Shown: positions 46,994 through 57,344 of the stretch, piece after piece
How the letters are laid out: the number at the start of each line of letters is the position of its first letter
How positions within the stretch are numbered: the stretch's first letter is position 1
Assembly: GCA_965202695.1 (NCBI GenBank)
Contig: OZ241843.1
Span: 436,781-500,780 of the forward strand
Length of the DNA: 64,000 bases
Direction: 5' to 3'
Source: Vicinamibacterales bacterium
GTDB taxonomy: Bacteria > Acidobacteriota > Vicinamibacteria > Vicinamibacterales > UBA8438
The notes under the pieces: model-generated
The model's database searches: none
Seen by the model: the letters and a program-made list of their open reading frames with translations, nothing else
Told to the model about the DNA's origin: nothing
Position numbers and translations under genes: made by a program

Positions 46994-48244
46994 ATGGCCA
47001 ATACACCGTTCCGGCAATCGGCCCTGGACCGGCTCTCCACCCCGGAGCATCTCGATCGCGCGCTGTTCGTGACGGCTCCCCGCGACTGGCTGGCGTTCGG
47101 GACGCTGACGGCGATCGCCGCCGCGGTGGTCGTCTGGGCCTTCGTGGGCGAAGTGGCGACCTACGTGCATGCGAACGGGATTCTGCTGAGCCAGGGCGGC
47201 ACGGTCGTCGACGCGGTGGCGGGCGGGCCGGGCACGGTGGCCCGGATCGTGCCCGCCGTGGGCGACGAGGTCGAAGAGGGGGCGGTCGTCGCGCAAATCG
47301 CCAACCTGGAAGTCGCCGAGCGCCATGCCGGCGCGCTGGCGCTGGTGGAGGAGCGCCGGGCGGGGCTCGCCGACACCCGCGCGGCGGTGGCCGAGGAGAA
47401 CGCGCTCATCGAGGGCAACCTCGCCCGGCAGCGCGAGCGCCTCGCCGACCTGGAGCGCAGCAGCCGCGAGGCGGTCGAGACCGCCCGGCAGCGCCTGGAG
47501 AACCACCGGCAGCTCTTCGCCGACCGCGTCGTCACGCGCGTGACCGTGGAGCGCAGCCAGGCGGCCTTCGATCAGGCCCAGCGCGACCTGTTCGGCGTGC
47601 TGAGCGAGCGCGACAACCTGGAATCGACCGAGCTCCAGCGCCGCAACCGGAACAACACCCGCATCGGCGAAGCGGAGGCCCGCCTGCTCGCGGCCGAACG
47701 CCAGGTCAACGAGCTCGGGGTGCTGCTCGACACCCGGCAGGTGACGGCCCCGGTCTCCGGCCGCGTCACCGAGATCAAGACGCAGCTCGGCGCCGTGATC
47801 CAGGCGGGGCAGCCGGCGCTCAGCATCCAGTCGGGGGCGGAGAACCTCGGCGTGCTCATCTACGTGCCGCCGGCCGACGGCCGCAAGGTCGAAACGGGCA
47901 TGGAAGTGCTCGTCTCCCCGTCCACGGTGCGGGCCGAGGAGTACGGCTACGTGCGGGGCCGGGTCGAGAACATCTCCGAGTTCCCGGCCAGCGTCGAAGG
48001 CATGGTCGCGGTGCTGCAGAACCGCGCCCTCGCGCAGACGTTCTCGGAGAGCGGGCCCCCCTATGCCGGCCGGGTGCTGCTCGTGCCCGATCCGGCGACC
48101 GCCAGCGGCTTTGCCTGGACTTCGCCCAAAGCCTCGGGCGAGGTGCTCACGGACGGCACGCTGGCGCGCATCGAGGTCAAGATTCAGAGCCAGACGCCGA
48201 TCACCCTGGTGGCGCCGCTGTTGCGGGAGACGTTCGGGCTGTAA
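46994..48244 (+). CDS. NHLP bacteriocin-system secretion protein (HlyD family)
   Basis: FRQSALDRLSTPEHLD, one TM segment, coiled coil, VSPSTVRAEEYGY, SGFAWTS, PITLVAP. Confidence 0.92.
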   Translation: MANTPFRQSALDRLSTPEHLDRALFVTAPRDWLAFGTLTAIAAAVVVWAFVGEVATYVHANGILLSQGGTVVDAVAGGPGTVARIVPAVGDEVEEGAVVAQIANLEVAERHAGALALVEERRAGLADTRAAVAEENALIEGNLARQRERLADLERSSREAVETARQRLENHRQLFADRVVTRVTVERSQAAFDQAQRDLFGVLSERDNLESTELQRRNRNNTRIGEAEARLLAAERQVNELGVLLDTRQVTAPVSGRVTEIKTQLGAVIQAGQPALSIQSGAENLGVLIYVPPADGRKVETGMEVLVSPSTVRAEEYGYVRGRVENISEFPASVEGMVAVLQNRALAQTFSESGPPYAGRVLLVPDPATASGFAWTSPKASGEVLTDGTLARIEVKIQSQTPITLVAPLLRETFGL

Positions 48245-48471
48245 CCGCCCGTGGCGGCGCCCCCCGCCCGAGGGGCGTCAGCGACGTAGTGCGCAAGCGG
48301 ACAGAAACGCCCGCCTGACAATGCAAAGGAGGGCCGTTCAACGACGGGCCGGTGTCCGCCTTTTCCGCCCTTCGGGGGGACACGTCACCCGCAAAGCCCG
48401 GCGTGCGGCGGGCCGTACAGCCGATACGGTTCGGGCGCGCCGTCAGGCCGCCGCCGGCGCGCCCGCCCGGG

Positions 48472-48732
48472 TCAGTCCCCGGACTTGACCGCCGGCAGCA
48501 CGATGTGCAGCAGATTTTCGGTGTTGAACAGCAGCTTGACGGAGGCGCCCGCCGGGACGTCGATCCCCTCGGCCTTGAGCACCGCGGTCGGGTCCGCGTC
48601 CACCGCCGCCTTGAAATCGGGGTCGCCGTAGTACTTGGCCACCACGTCGGCGTACACCCGCTGGTTGCGTTCGAGGCGATCGCGGGTCAGCCCCTCCAGT
48701 ACTTCGTCCGTCGCGTTCGTCTTGTCTGTCAT
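48472..48732 (-). CDS. Core-less NHLP-leader-like protein
   Basis: VVAKYYGDPDFKAAVDADPTAVLKAEGIDVPAGASVKLLFNTENLLHIVLP, then stop; no GG motif or core. Confidence 0.75.
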   Translation of the reverse strand: MTDKTNATDEVLEGLTRDRLERNQRVYADVVAKYYGDPDFKAAVDADPTAVLKAEGIDVPAGASVKLLFNTENLLHIVLPAVKSGD

Positions 48733-48939
48733 TCTCTCGTCTCGCTTCTCTATTCGTCACTGCACGCCGGCCGGAGAACGCCGCCGCGGCCTCGCGCCGC
48801 CCAACCAACCCTGCCGGTGTCCGCGCCGTTCCACGCCGCGCTTCCCCACCCGGAAAGCGGCTCATTATACTCCCCCCGCGGACGCCGCGCAACCCGCGCC
48901 AGGACCCGGTAATACCCCGAGGCGGCGCTTCACCGCCTA

Positions 48940-50355
48940 CTACTTGCCGCCGCCGCGCGAGAGAAAGCCGTGCGAAAGGCGCCAGCGGGCGTCGAGAGCC
49001 TCCTGGTCGAGATCCGGCAGGCCCGCGATTCCCAGCGCGCGCGCGGTCAGCCCCCCGACCGCCTCCAGCAGGCGGTAGGCGCCGACGACGGCGTCGCGCT
49101 CCGCGCCGAGCGCGGCGACCTGACGCGAGACGAGGTTCCGTTCGGCGTCGAGCACCTCCCGCGTCGTCCGTTCGCCGATGTCGGCCTCGCGCTGGATGCC
49201 GGTCAGCGCCGTACGCGATGCGTCGACCGCGGTCCGGAGCGCGGCGAGCCGCTCCCGGGCCGAGTGCAGGGCGAGCCAGGCGGCGGTCGCCCGTTGCGCC
49301 GCCTCCCGCGCGGCGGCCTCCTGCTCGCTGCGGGCCCGCTCCTGCACGCGGTGCGCCTGCCGGAGGCGCGCGCCCACGGCCCCGGCCTGATAGATCGGCA
49401 TGGTCACCTGGACGCCCAGGGTCATGTCGGTGCTGTTCGGCAGGAAGGAGAGCTGCCCCTGGCCCAGGGTCCTCGTGATCGTCCCCCGCAGATCGACCCG
49501 CGGTCCGAGCTCGCCGGTGACCGCGCGCGCGGCGTGGCCGGCGGCGCGCACGGCGTGGTCGGCGGCGCGCACGGCCGGCCGGCCGCCCTCGGCCATGCGA
49601 ATCGCCTCCGCCAGGCTGCCCGGCAGGCCGGCCGGCTCGTCCGGCGCCACCAGACCGTGCGGGCGGACCCCGACCAGCATCGCGAACAGGGACCGCTGCG
49701 TTTCGAGATCCGCCTCCGCCGCCGCCACCTCGGCGATCGCCACGTCCCGTTCCGCAAGGGCCTGGGCGACGTCGGCGGCGGTACGGTCGCCGACCTCGAA
49801 CTGGGCCTCGTTCTCGCGGACGCGCGCCTCGAACGCACCGAGCGCCGCCCGGCGCAGCTCGGCCGTGCGTTCGGCGCGCAGCACGTCGAGGTAGACGGTG
49901 GCGACGCGCAGAAGCACGACCTGCTCCACGTCCTCGACGGCGGCGTGGGCCTGCAGGACCTCCTGGTCGGCGCGGCGGAGCAGCGCGCCGTTGCGGCCGC
50001 TGTGATAGAGGTTCTGCGTCGCCGACAGCGTGAGGATCCGCTGGCTGGTCACCAGAGGGGACGCGCTGAAGTCGGTGAAGTCGAGGGCGCTCCCGATGCG
50101 GGTGAGGCTCGCCCGCGTGTCGGCCTGCACGGCGGGCATCCAGACCGCGCGGGCGAGAGGGACGCCCTCGTGGGCGGAACGCGCGGCCTCGCGGGCCGCG
50201 CCCACGTTCGGATTGGTCCGGAGCGCCTCCGCGAAAGCCTCCGCGAGCGTCAGCGCGCGAAGCGGCGCCGCCGCCAGCGACAGCAGCGCCAGCCCGGCCG
50301 CCGCCCGCCGCCACCCCTTCCTCCGCCGCCCGATTCCGCCTGTCCTGTCGTCCAT
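48940..50355 (-). CDS. TolC-family type I secretion outer-membrane protein
   Basis: Signal peptide; LTLAEAFAEALRTNP, QFEVGDRTAADVAQA, PIYQAG, GERTTREVLDAE, YRLLEAVGGL. Confidence 0.9.
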   Translation of the reverse strand: MDDRTGGIGRRRKGWRRAAAGLALLSLAAAPLRALTLAEAFAEALRTNPNVGAAREAARSAHEGVPLARAVWMPAVQADTRASLTRIGSALDFTDFSASPLVTSQRILTLSATQNLYHSGRNGALLRRADQEVLQAHAAVEDVEQVVLLRVATVYLDVLRAERTAELRRAALGAFEARVRENEAQFEVGDRTAADVAQALAERDVAIAEVAAAEADLETQRSLFAMLVGVRPHGLVAPDEPAGLPGSLAEAIRMAEGGRPAVRAADHAVRAAGHAARAVTGELGPRVDLRGTITRTLGQGQLSFLPNSTDMTLGVQVTMPIYQAGAVGARLRQAHRVQERARSEQEAAAREAAQRATAAWLALHSARERLAALRTAVDASRTALTGIQREADIGERTTREVLDAERNLVSRQVAALGAERDAVVGAYRLLEAVGGLTARALGIAGLPDLDQEALDARWRLSHGFLSRGGGK

Positions 50356-50577
50356 GATTCGGGTTCCCTCGTGACCGCAAGCAGCGGATGCCGTCCGGAA
50401 GGCGCCGCCGGAGCTCTCTGTCTTTCGGCCGTTCGACCCCGGACGTTGAGACGGCGCGGCGCATTCGGCGGCCGGATGCGCCGTTTCGGGACGCCGGTCG
50501 AGCACGGGTGAGACGCGCCGACGGCGCGGGGTGCGCGGTCGGGAACGACGCCGACGAACGGCCGGACGGCTCCGGGG

Positions 50578-51129
50578 CTAGCGCCGCCGGACGGACTGGA
50601 TCACCACCACCTCGTCCGGCAGGCTGTTGGTCACCGGCACGGCGGCGATGCGGTCCACGACGTCGGCGCCGTCGATGACCCGTCCGAACACCGCGTACCC
50701 GAAGTCGCGCACGCCGTGGTTGAGGAAGTTGTTGTCGACGGTATTGATGAAGAACTGATCGGTCGCGCTGTGGATCTCGCTGGTCCGCGCCATGGCGATC
50801 GTGTATCGGTCGTTCAGCAGCCCGTTCTCCGCCTCGTTCTCGATCGGGTCGCGGGTCGGCCTGGTGCGCATCTCCGTCGAGTAGGCGCCGCCCTGGATCA
50901 TGAACCCCTGGATGACGCGGTGGAAGATGGTGCCGTCGTAGTGCCCGGCGTCCACGTACTGCAGGAAGTTGTCGACGCTGATGGGCGCCTCGGCGGGCGC
51001 GAGCTCGATGGTGATGACGCCCAGGCTGGTCTCCATCACCACGACGGGGTCGTCCTGCGCGGACGCGGGGAGGGGACCGGACAGCGCGAACGCGATGCCG
51101 GCGGCGACGGCGAAGCGGCGGAACGTCAT
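50578..51129 (-). CDS. ppiA: Periplasmic cyclophilin peptidyl-prolyl isomerase
   Basis: YDGTIFHRVIQGFMIQGG, IAMART, SATDQFFIN, GYAVFGRV; signal peptide. Confidence 0.88.
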   Translation of the reverse strand: MTFRRFAVAAGIAFALSGPLPASAQDDPVVVMETSLGVITIELAPAEAPISVDNFLQYVDAGHYDGTIFHRVIQGFMIQGGAYSTEMRTRPTRDPIENEAENGLLNDRYTIAMARTSEIHSATDQFFINTVDNNFLNHGVRDFGYAVFGRVIDGADVVDRIAAVPVTNSLPDEVVVIQSVRRR

Positions 51130-51247
51130 GCGGCTCTCCTTCTCCGGCCGGCCGCGGCGACGGCCCGCGGCGCACCGGCCGGACTGCGAAAAACGGCGCG
51201 GGGCGAATGCGACGGGATGGTATCACCCCCGCGGCCGCCGGCGGGCC

Positions 51248-51400
51248 GGTCCCGTGGTGGAACCCCCGCGCCGCCCGCGCCCGAAGGGCGCCGGCGGACG
51301 GAATCGTCCGGCGGACAGAGAGCGCCCGCCTGACGAAGGCGTGAGGAGGGCGCGGAACGCCGCCCCGCCCGCAATGCGGCGGGGCGTTCGCCACGGGCGG
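51248..51400. mobile_element. MITE-family copy (reverse)
   Basis: CCCGTGGTGGAACCCCCGCG...GCGGGGCGTTCGCCACGGGCGG. Confidence 0.7.
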
Positions 51401-51964
51401 TCAGGGGGCGCGGCGGTACTTCAGGACCTGGGTCCAGGCGACCGAGAACAGGCAGTAGGCGAGGAAGCAGTAGAAGCCCGGCCCGAGCCCGGAGACGAGT
51501 CGGGTCCGCATGTCCACGTCGACCTGCCGCAGCAGCACCGGCACGCTGAAGCTGTTCGCCTGGGCCTGGTCGCGGGTGGCCAGGAACGCGAGGAAGACCG
51601 CGACCACGAACACGTCGGCCATCGACCACTTCCCGATGACGTCGACGGCGACCACCAGCCGCCTCCTGACCGCGTCGCGGGCCGCGTAGACCGACGCCAG
51701 CAGCATGCCCGCCTTCGTCACCGGCACCAGCACGCTGAACAGCAGGATGAGGAACGAGACCAGGTAGTCGGCCGAGCCCCACAGCTCGCGCACGGTGCCG
51801 AGAATCGACCGCGTCTGCTCGTAGACGGTGACCTCCACCGGATCGGGGATGATGGCCGCCTCGACCTCGGTGGTGATGGCGACGCTGTAGACGGGCAGGA
51901 TCACGCCGGGAACGAGCAGCAGGAAGTTGACGAGGGTGAGGGCGGCGACGACGGCCCTCGTCAC
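51401..51964 (-). CDS. pqiA: Paraquat-inducible protein A-like membrane protein
   Basis: SILGTVRELW, ILLFSVLVPVTK, IGKWSMADVFVVA, GPGFYCF. Confidence 0.75.
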   Translation of the reverse strand: MTRAVVAALTLVNFLLLVPGVILPVYSVAITTEVEAAIIPDPVEVTVYEQTRSILGTVRELWGSADYLVSFLILLFSVLVPVTKAGMLLASVYAARDAVRRRLVVAVDVIGKWSMADVFVVAVFLAFLATRDQAQANSFSVPVLLRQVDVDMRTRLVSGLGPGFYCFLAYCLFSVAWTQVLKYRRAP

Positions 51965-52272
51965 GGCCGGTCGCCCTTCCGGACCGCGGCGATCTTCCGG
52001 TCGCGCGACGACGCGAATTGCGCGAGGTCGCGGCGGTGGTTGGCCTCGATCTCCTGCCGGCCCTCCGGATCGAAGGCGGCCGCGAGCTTCGACCGCATCA
52101 GTATCTCCGCCTCGGCGACCTTCGCCTCGTAGTCGCGGCGGGCGGCCGCGATGGCCTGCTTCTGGCCGTCGGTCAGGGCGCCGCCCGCCGCGGCGCCGCC
52201 CGCCTCCGCATCCTGCCGCCGGAGACGTTCCAGCGCCAGCTCGACCGCACTCTTCGGCCCGGTGTCCGCCAC
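51961..52272 (-). CDS. Conserved hypothetical protein
   Basis: PKSAVELALERL..LTDGQKQAIAAARRDYEAKVAEAEI..RDRKIAAVR; GGAGA RBS; 4-bp overlap with pqiA. Confidence 0.7.
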   Translation of the reverse strand: MADTGPKSAVELALERLRRQDAEAGGAAAGGALTDGQKQAIAAARRDYEAKVAEAEILMRSKLAAAFDPEGRQEIEANHRRDLAQFASSRDRKIAAVRKGDRP

Positions 52273-52384
52273 GTCCGTCCTCTCCTTCCACCCGCGCCGG
52301 CGTTGCGCCACGACGTGGTTCCCCGGAATTATAGCTTGCCGGTCTCCTTCGGCGGCCGTTCCCGTGCGCCGCGCCCCCGGCCGG

Positions 52385-52550
52385 CGGGTCGCGCCGACAC
52401 CCCGCGGCATTGCGGGCGGCGACGCATCCGGCCTGACCGCGTCGTTCGCAGGTGTAACGTGCCCGAATCGTCAGGCCGGCGTTCCCTGTCCGCCGGCGCC
52501 CTCGCGGTCGCCCTTCGGCGCAGTGCGACGCGGGATTCCGCCGCGGGCTG
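52385..52550. mobile_element. Degenerate MITE-family copy
   Basis: GCATCCGGCCTGACCGCGTCGTTCG interior; right end GTGCGACGCGGGATTCCGCCGCGGGCTG. Confidence 0.55.
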
Positions 52551-52565
52551 ATAGGATCACCGGCC

Positions 52566-53954
52566 ATGAAGGTCGTGTCGCGCCGGACCCTGCTGCAGGC
52601 GCTTGCCGGCGGGGCGGTCCCGGCGGGGCCGGCCGCCGCGCAGGCGGTGGTGCGGAACCCGCCGCGTCCGTTGTCGCCCGACGCCGTCACCCACGACTGG
52701 GCCTCGTTCCTCGGCCCCACGCACAACGCGGTGTCCACCGAGACCCGGCTCAGCCGGTCGCTGCCCCCGCCGCTGGTGTGGGAGATGGAGAAGGGCGCCG
52801 GCTATGCTTCGCCGGCCGTCGCGGGCGGCCGGCTGGTGTTCTTCCACCGGGTGGGGGACCACGAGGTGGTCGAGTGCCGCCACCCCGAGACCGGCGCCCT
52901 CGAGTGGGACTTCCGCTACCCGACCCGCTACCGCGACCGCTACGGCTACAACGACGGCCCGCGATCGAGCCCGGTCGCCGCGGACGGCCGCGTGTTCACC
53001 CTCGGGGCCGAGAGCCGCCTGCACGCTTTCGAGCTGGCCACCGGCCGCGGGCTCTGGAGCCGCGATCTGCGGGCCGATTACGGGGTGGGCCAGGACTTCT
53101 TCGGCGCCTCGTCGACGCCCCTGGCCGACGACGGCCGCGTCATCGTCAACGTCGGCGCGCCGCGGGGCGCCTGCGTGGTCGCCTTCGACGCCGCGACCGG
53201 CCGCGAGCGGTGGCGGGCCGGCGACTGGGGGCCCAGCTACGCCTCGCCGGTGCCCGCCGTCGTGCGCGGCCGGCGCCGCGTCTTCGTGTTCGCGGGCGGC
53301 GAATCGTCGCCGCCCACCGGGGGCCTGCTGTCGATCGACCCGGCGGACGGCGCGGTGGACTTCGCGTTCCCGTTCCGCAGCCGGACCTACGAGTCGGTCA
53401 ACGCCTCGTGTCCGGTGGTGTTCGACGACCAGGTCTTCGTCTCCGCCAGCTACCGCACCGGCGGCGCCCTCGTCCGGGTCCTGCCCGACTTCACCCACGA
53501 GGTCGTCTGGACGACCCGCGACTTCGCCCTGCACTTCAACACCGCCGTCCACCGCGGCGGCCACCTGTACGGTTTCGACGGCCGCAACCAGGGCGACGCG
53601 TCGCTCGCCTGCGTCGAGGCGGCGACCGGGCGCGTGGTCTGGCGGGAAGCGCCGCGGTGGACCGAGACCTTCCGGCAGGGGGGGCGGGAGCGCCGGGTCC
53701 GCCTCGGCACGGCGCGGGGGTCGCTGCTCGCGGTCGACGGCCACTTCCTCGCCCTCGGCGAGCTCGGACACCTGCTGTGGCTCGACCTCACCCCCGACGG
53801 CTACCGTGAGGTGTCCCGCGCCTGGCTGGCCGGCGCCCGGGAGTCGTGGACGCTGCCGGTGCTGAGCCGCGGCCTGCTCTACTACGTCCAGAACACGCGC
53901 GATCTGCTGACCGGCGCCGCGCCCCGCCTGGCGTGCTACGACCTCCGGGCGTAG
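52566..53954 (+). CDS. Tat-exported PQQ-like beta-propeller protein
   Basis: SRRTLL Tat motif; DWASFLGP, GYASPAV, GPRSSP, SWTLPVLSRGLLY. Confidence 0.85.
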   Translation: MKVVSRRTLLQALAGGAVPAGPAAAQAVVRNPPRPLSPDAVTHDWASFLGPTHNAVSTETRLSRSLPPPLVWEMEKGAGYASPAVAGGRLVFFHRVGDHEVVECRHPETGALEWDFRYPTRYRDRYGYNDGPRSSPVAADGRVFTLGAESRLHAFELATGRGLWSRDLRADYGVGQDFFGASSTPLADDGRVIVNVGAPRGACVVAFDAATGRERWRAGDWGPSYASPVPAVVRGRRRVFVFAGGESSPPTGGLLSIDPADGAVDFAFPFRSRTYESVNASCPVVFDDQVFVSASYRTGGALVRVLPDFTHEVVWTTRDFALHFNTAVHRGGHLYGFDGRNQGDASLACVEAATGRVVWREAPRWTETFRQGGRERRVRLGTARGSLLAVDGHFLALGELGHLLWLDLTPDGYREVSRAWLAGARESWTLPVLSRGLLYYVQNTRDLLTGAAPRLACYDLRA

Positions 53955-54128
53955 AGGCGCCGGCCGGCGCGGCCCGCGCGGCGTCCCGATGCGCCGGCGG
54001 CGGCCCCGGCGTCCGCGAGGCGCCGGCCGGCGCGGCCCGCGATACACTTGGGGACCCGCGGCGAAGTCCCGGGGCCGCGGCCGGGAACCGGACGTCACGA
54101 GACTCGTTGCCGGAGGACCTTCAGCGTC

Positions 54129-55546
<1,418 letters not shown>

Positions 55547-55547
<1 letters not shown>

Positions 55548-56320
55548 TGCGGGCTCCCCGCACCCTCGTGCTGGTGCCCACCGAGACCGAGCGCCGCCAC
55601 CTCGCGCGGCGGCGGGACTTCGGCGTCGACGCGCCCTGCGCGCTGTGCGGCTTCGGCCCGGTGGCGGCGGCGGCGCGGGCCCGCGACGCCATCGCCGCCC
55701 ACGAGCCCCGGCGGGTCGTCCTCGTCGGCATCGCCGGCACGTTCGACCCCGAGGGGCTTCCGGTCGGCACGGCCGCCGTCTTTCCGTCGGTCGTGATGCA
55801 CGGGGTCGGGGTGGGCACGGCCCCGTTCGTGCCGGCTCCCGCCCTCGGCTACCGCCACTGGCCGCGGCGCGGCGCGGACGGGGCGGACGCACCCGACGCG
55901 CTCGCCCTCGCGTGTCCCGCCCCCCCCGCGGCGGGCCCGCTCCTGACCGTGTGCGCGGCGGCGGCGACCGAGGCCGAAGCCGGCGAGCGGCGGGAACAGT
56001 TCCCCGGCGCGGCGGCCGAAGACATGGAAGGCTTCGGGGTGGCGCTGGCGTGCCGCCTCGCGGAGGTGCCCGCGGCCATCGTCCGCGGCATCTCGAACGC
56101 GGTCGGCGACCGGCGCTTCGAGCGCTGGCGGATCCCCGAGGCGCTCGACGCCGCCTGGACCGTCGCCGCCGACCTGCTCGACCGGCCCGCCTGGCCGCCC
56201 GCGGCGGAACCCCGCGCCGCACCGCGCCCGAAGGGCGCCGGCGAACGCCGCGGGGCCCCGGCGGACGGAGAACGTCAGGCGGACAGGGAACGTCCGGCGG
56301 ACGGAGAACGTCCGGCGTGA
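55547..56320 (+). CDS. mqnB: Futalosine hydrolase
   Basis: GFGPVAAA, LVGIAG, AEDMEGFGVALAC, VRGISNAVGDR; adjacent to mqnD. Confidence 0.82.
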
Positions 56321-57177
56321 CGCCCATCCACCTGGGCATCTCCACCTGCCCGAACGACACGTTCGCCTTCCACGGCATCCTGGAGCGGAAGGTGGACCCG
56401 CGCGGCCTCGACTTCCGCATCGAGCTGCTCGACGTCGAAGAACTGAACCGGCGGCTGTTCGCAGGCGACTTCGACGTGGCGAAGGCCAGCTTCCACGCCG
56501 CGCTCCGGCTGGGGAGCACGCTGGGGGTGCTGCCGGTCGGCGCCGCCCTCGGCTTCGGCGTCGGTCCGCTGCTGCTGGCGGCGCGGCCCGGCGCCCATCC
56601 CCGCGACCCCGTCCCCCGGCCCGGCCGCGGACCCCGGCCCGCGCGCGTGCTGTGCCCGGGCGCGCACACCACCGCCGCGCTGCTCTACGCGCTGTTCCAC
56701 GCGGGCGAGGGCGCGGTCGAGCACGTGGTGTTCTCCGACGTCATGCCCGCCCTCGAGGCCGGCGCCGCCGACTTCGGCGTGTGCATCCACGAGGGCCGTT
56801 TCACGTGGCGCGCGCGGGGACTCGCCCTCGTCGAAGACCTCGGCGCGGTCTGGGAACGGGCCACCGCGGCCCCCCTGCCGCTCGGCGGCATCCTGGCGCG
56901 CCACGCGCTCGGCCCCGAGACCATCCGCGCCGCCGCCGCGGTGATCCGCGACTCGCTCGCCCATGCCCGGACCCACCGCGCGGAGACGCTCCCCACCATG
57001 CGCCGCTACGCGCAGGAGCTCGGCGACGACGTGCTGCGGCAGCACGTCGACCTCTACGTGAACGACTGGACCACCGACCTCGGCGACACCGGCCGGGCGG
57101 CGCTGGAGACGCTCGACCGCGAGGCCCGCCGCGCCGGCCTCGCCGAAGCCGGCGCGCCGCCCCTCCGCGTGTACTGA
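56317..57177 (+). CDS. mqnD: 1,4-dihydroxy-6-naphthoate synthase
   Basis: STCPNDTFAF, DVEELN, GAALGFGVGP, IHEGRFT, PLPLGGI, HVDLYVND. Confidence 0.92.
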   Translation: MTPIHLGISTCPNDTFAFHGILERKVDPRGLDFRIELLDVEELNRRLFAGDFDVAKASFHAALRLGSTLGVLPVGAALGFGVGPLLLAARPGAHPRDPVPRPGRGPRPARVLCPGAHTTAALLYALFHAGEGAVEHVVFSDVMPALEAGAADFGVCIHEGRFTWRARGLALVEDLGAVWERATAAPLPLGGILARHALGPETIRAAAAVIRDSLAHARTHRAETLPTMRRYAQELGDDVLRQHVDLYVNDWTTDLGDTGRAALETLDREARRAGLAEAGAPPLRVY

Positions 57178-57344
57178 ATCCAGCTCGCGCCTTCACCGGC
57201 CCCGCCCCGCCGCCGCCCGTCCGCCCGCCGGGTGGCCGCCCCGCCCGCCCGGCCCCGCGCGGCGGGCGCGGCCGCCGAATCCGGTACAATTCCGCCCCGC
57301 CCGGCGCCGCCCGTCGATCCCCCGGCGCCCCGGCACACCGCGTC

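Noticed and set aside
35702-48732. Small ORFs as nitrile hydratase alpha subunits
   Set aside because: No CxxCSC metal motif and no beta subunit; they are NHLP leaders
50578-51129. Cyclophilin as a RiPP maturase
   Set aside because: Ordinary periplasmic PpiA; cores contain few Pro; only proximity to tolC supports it
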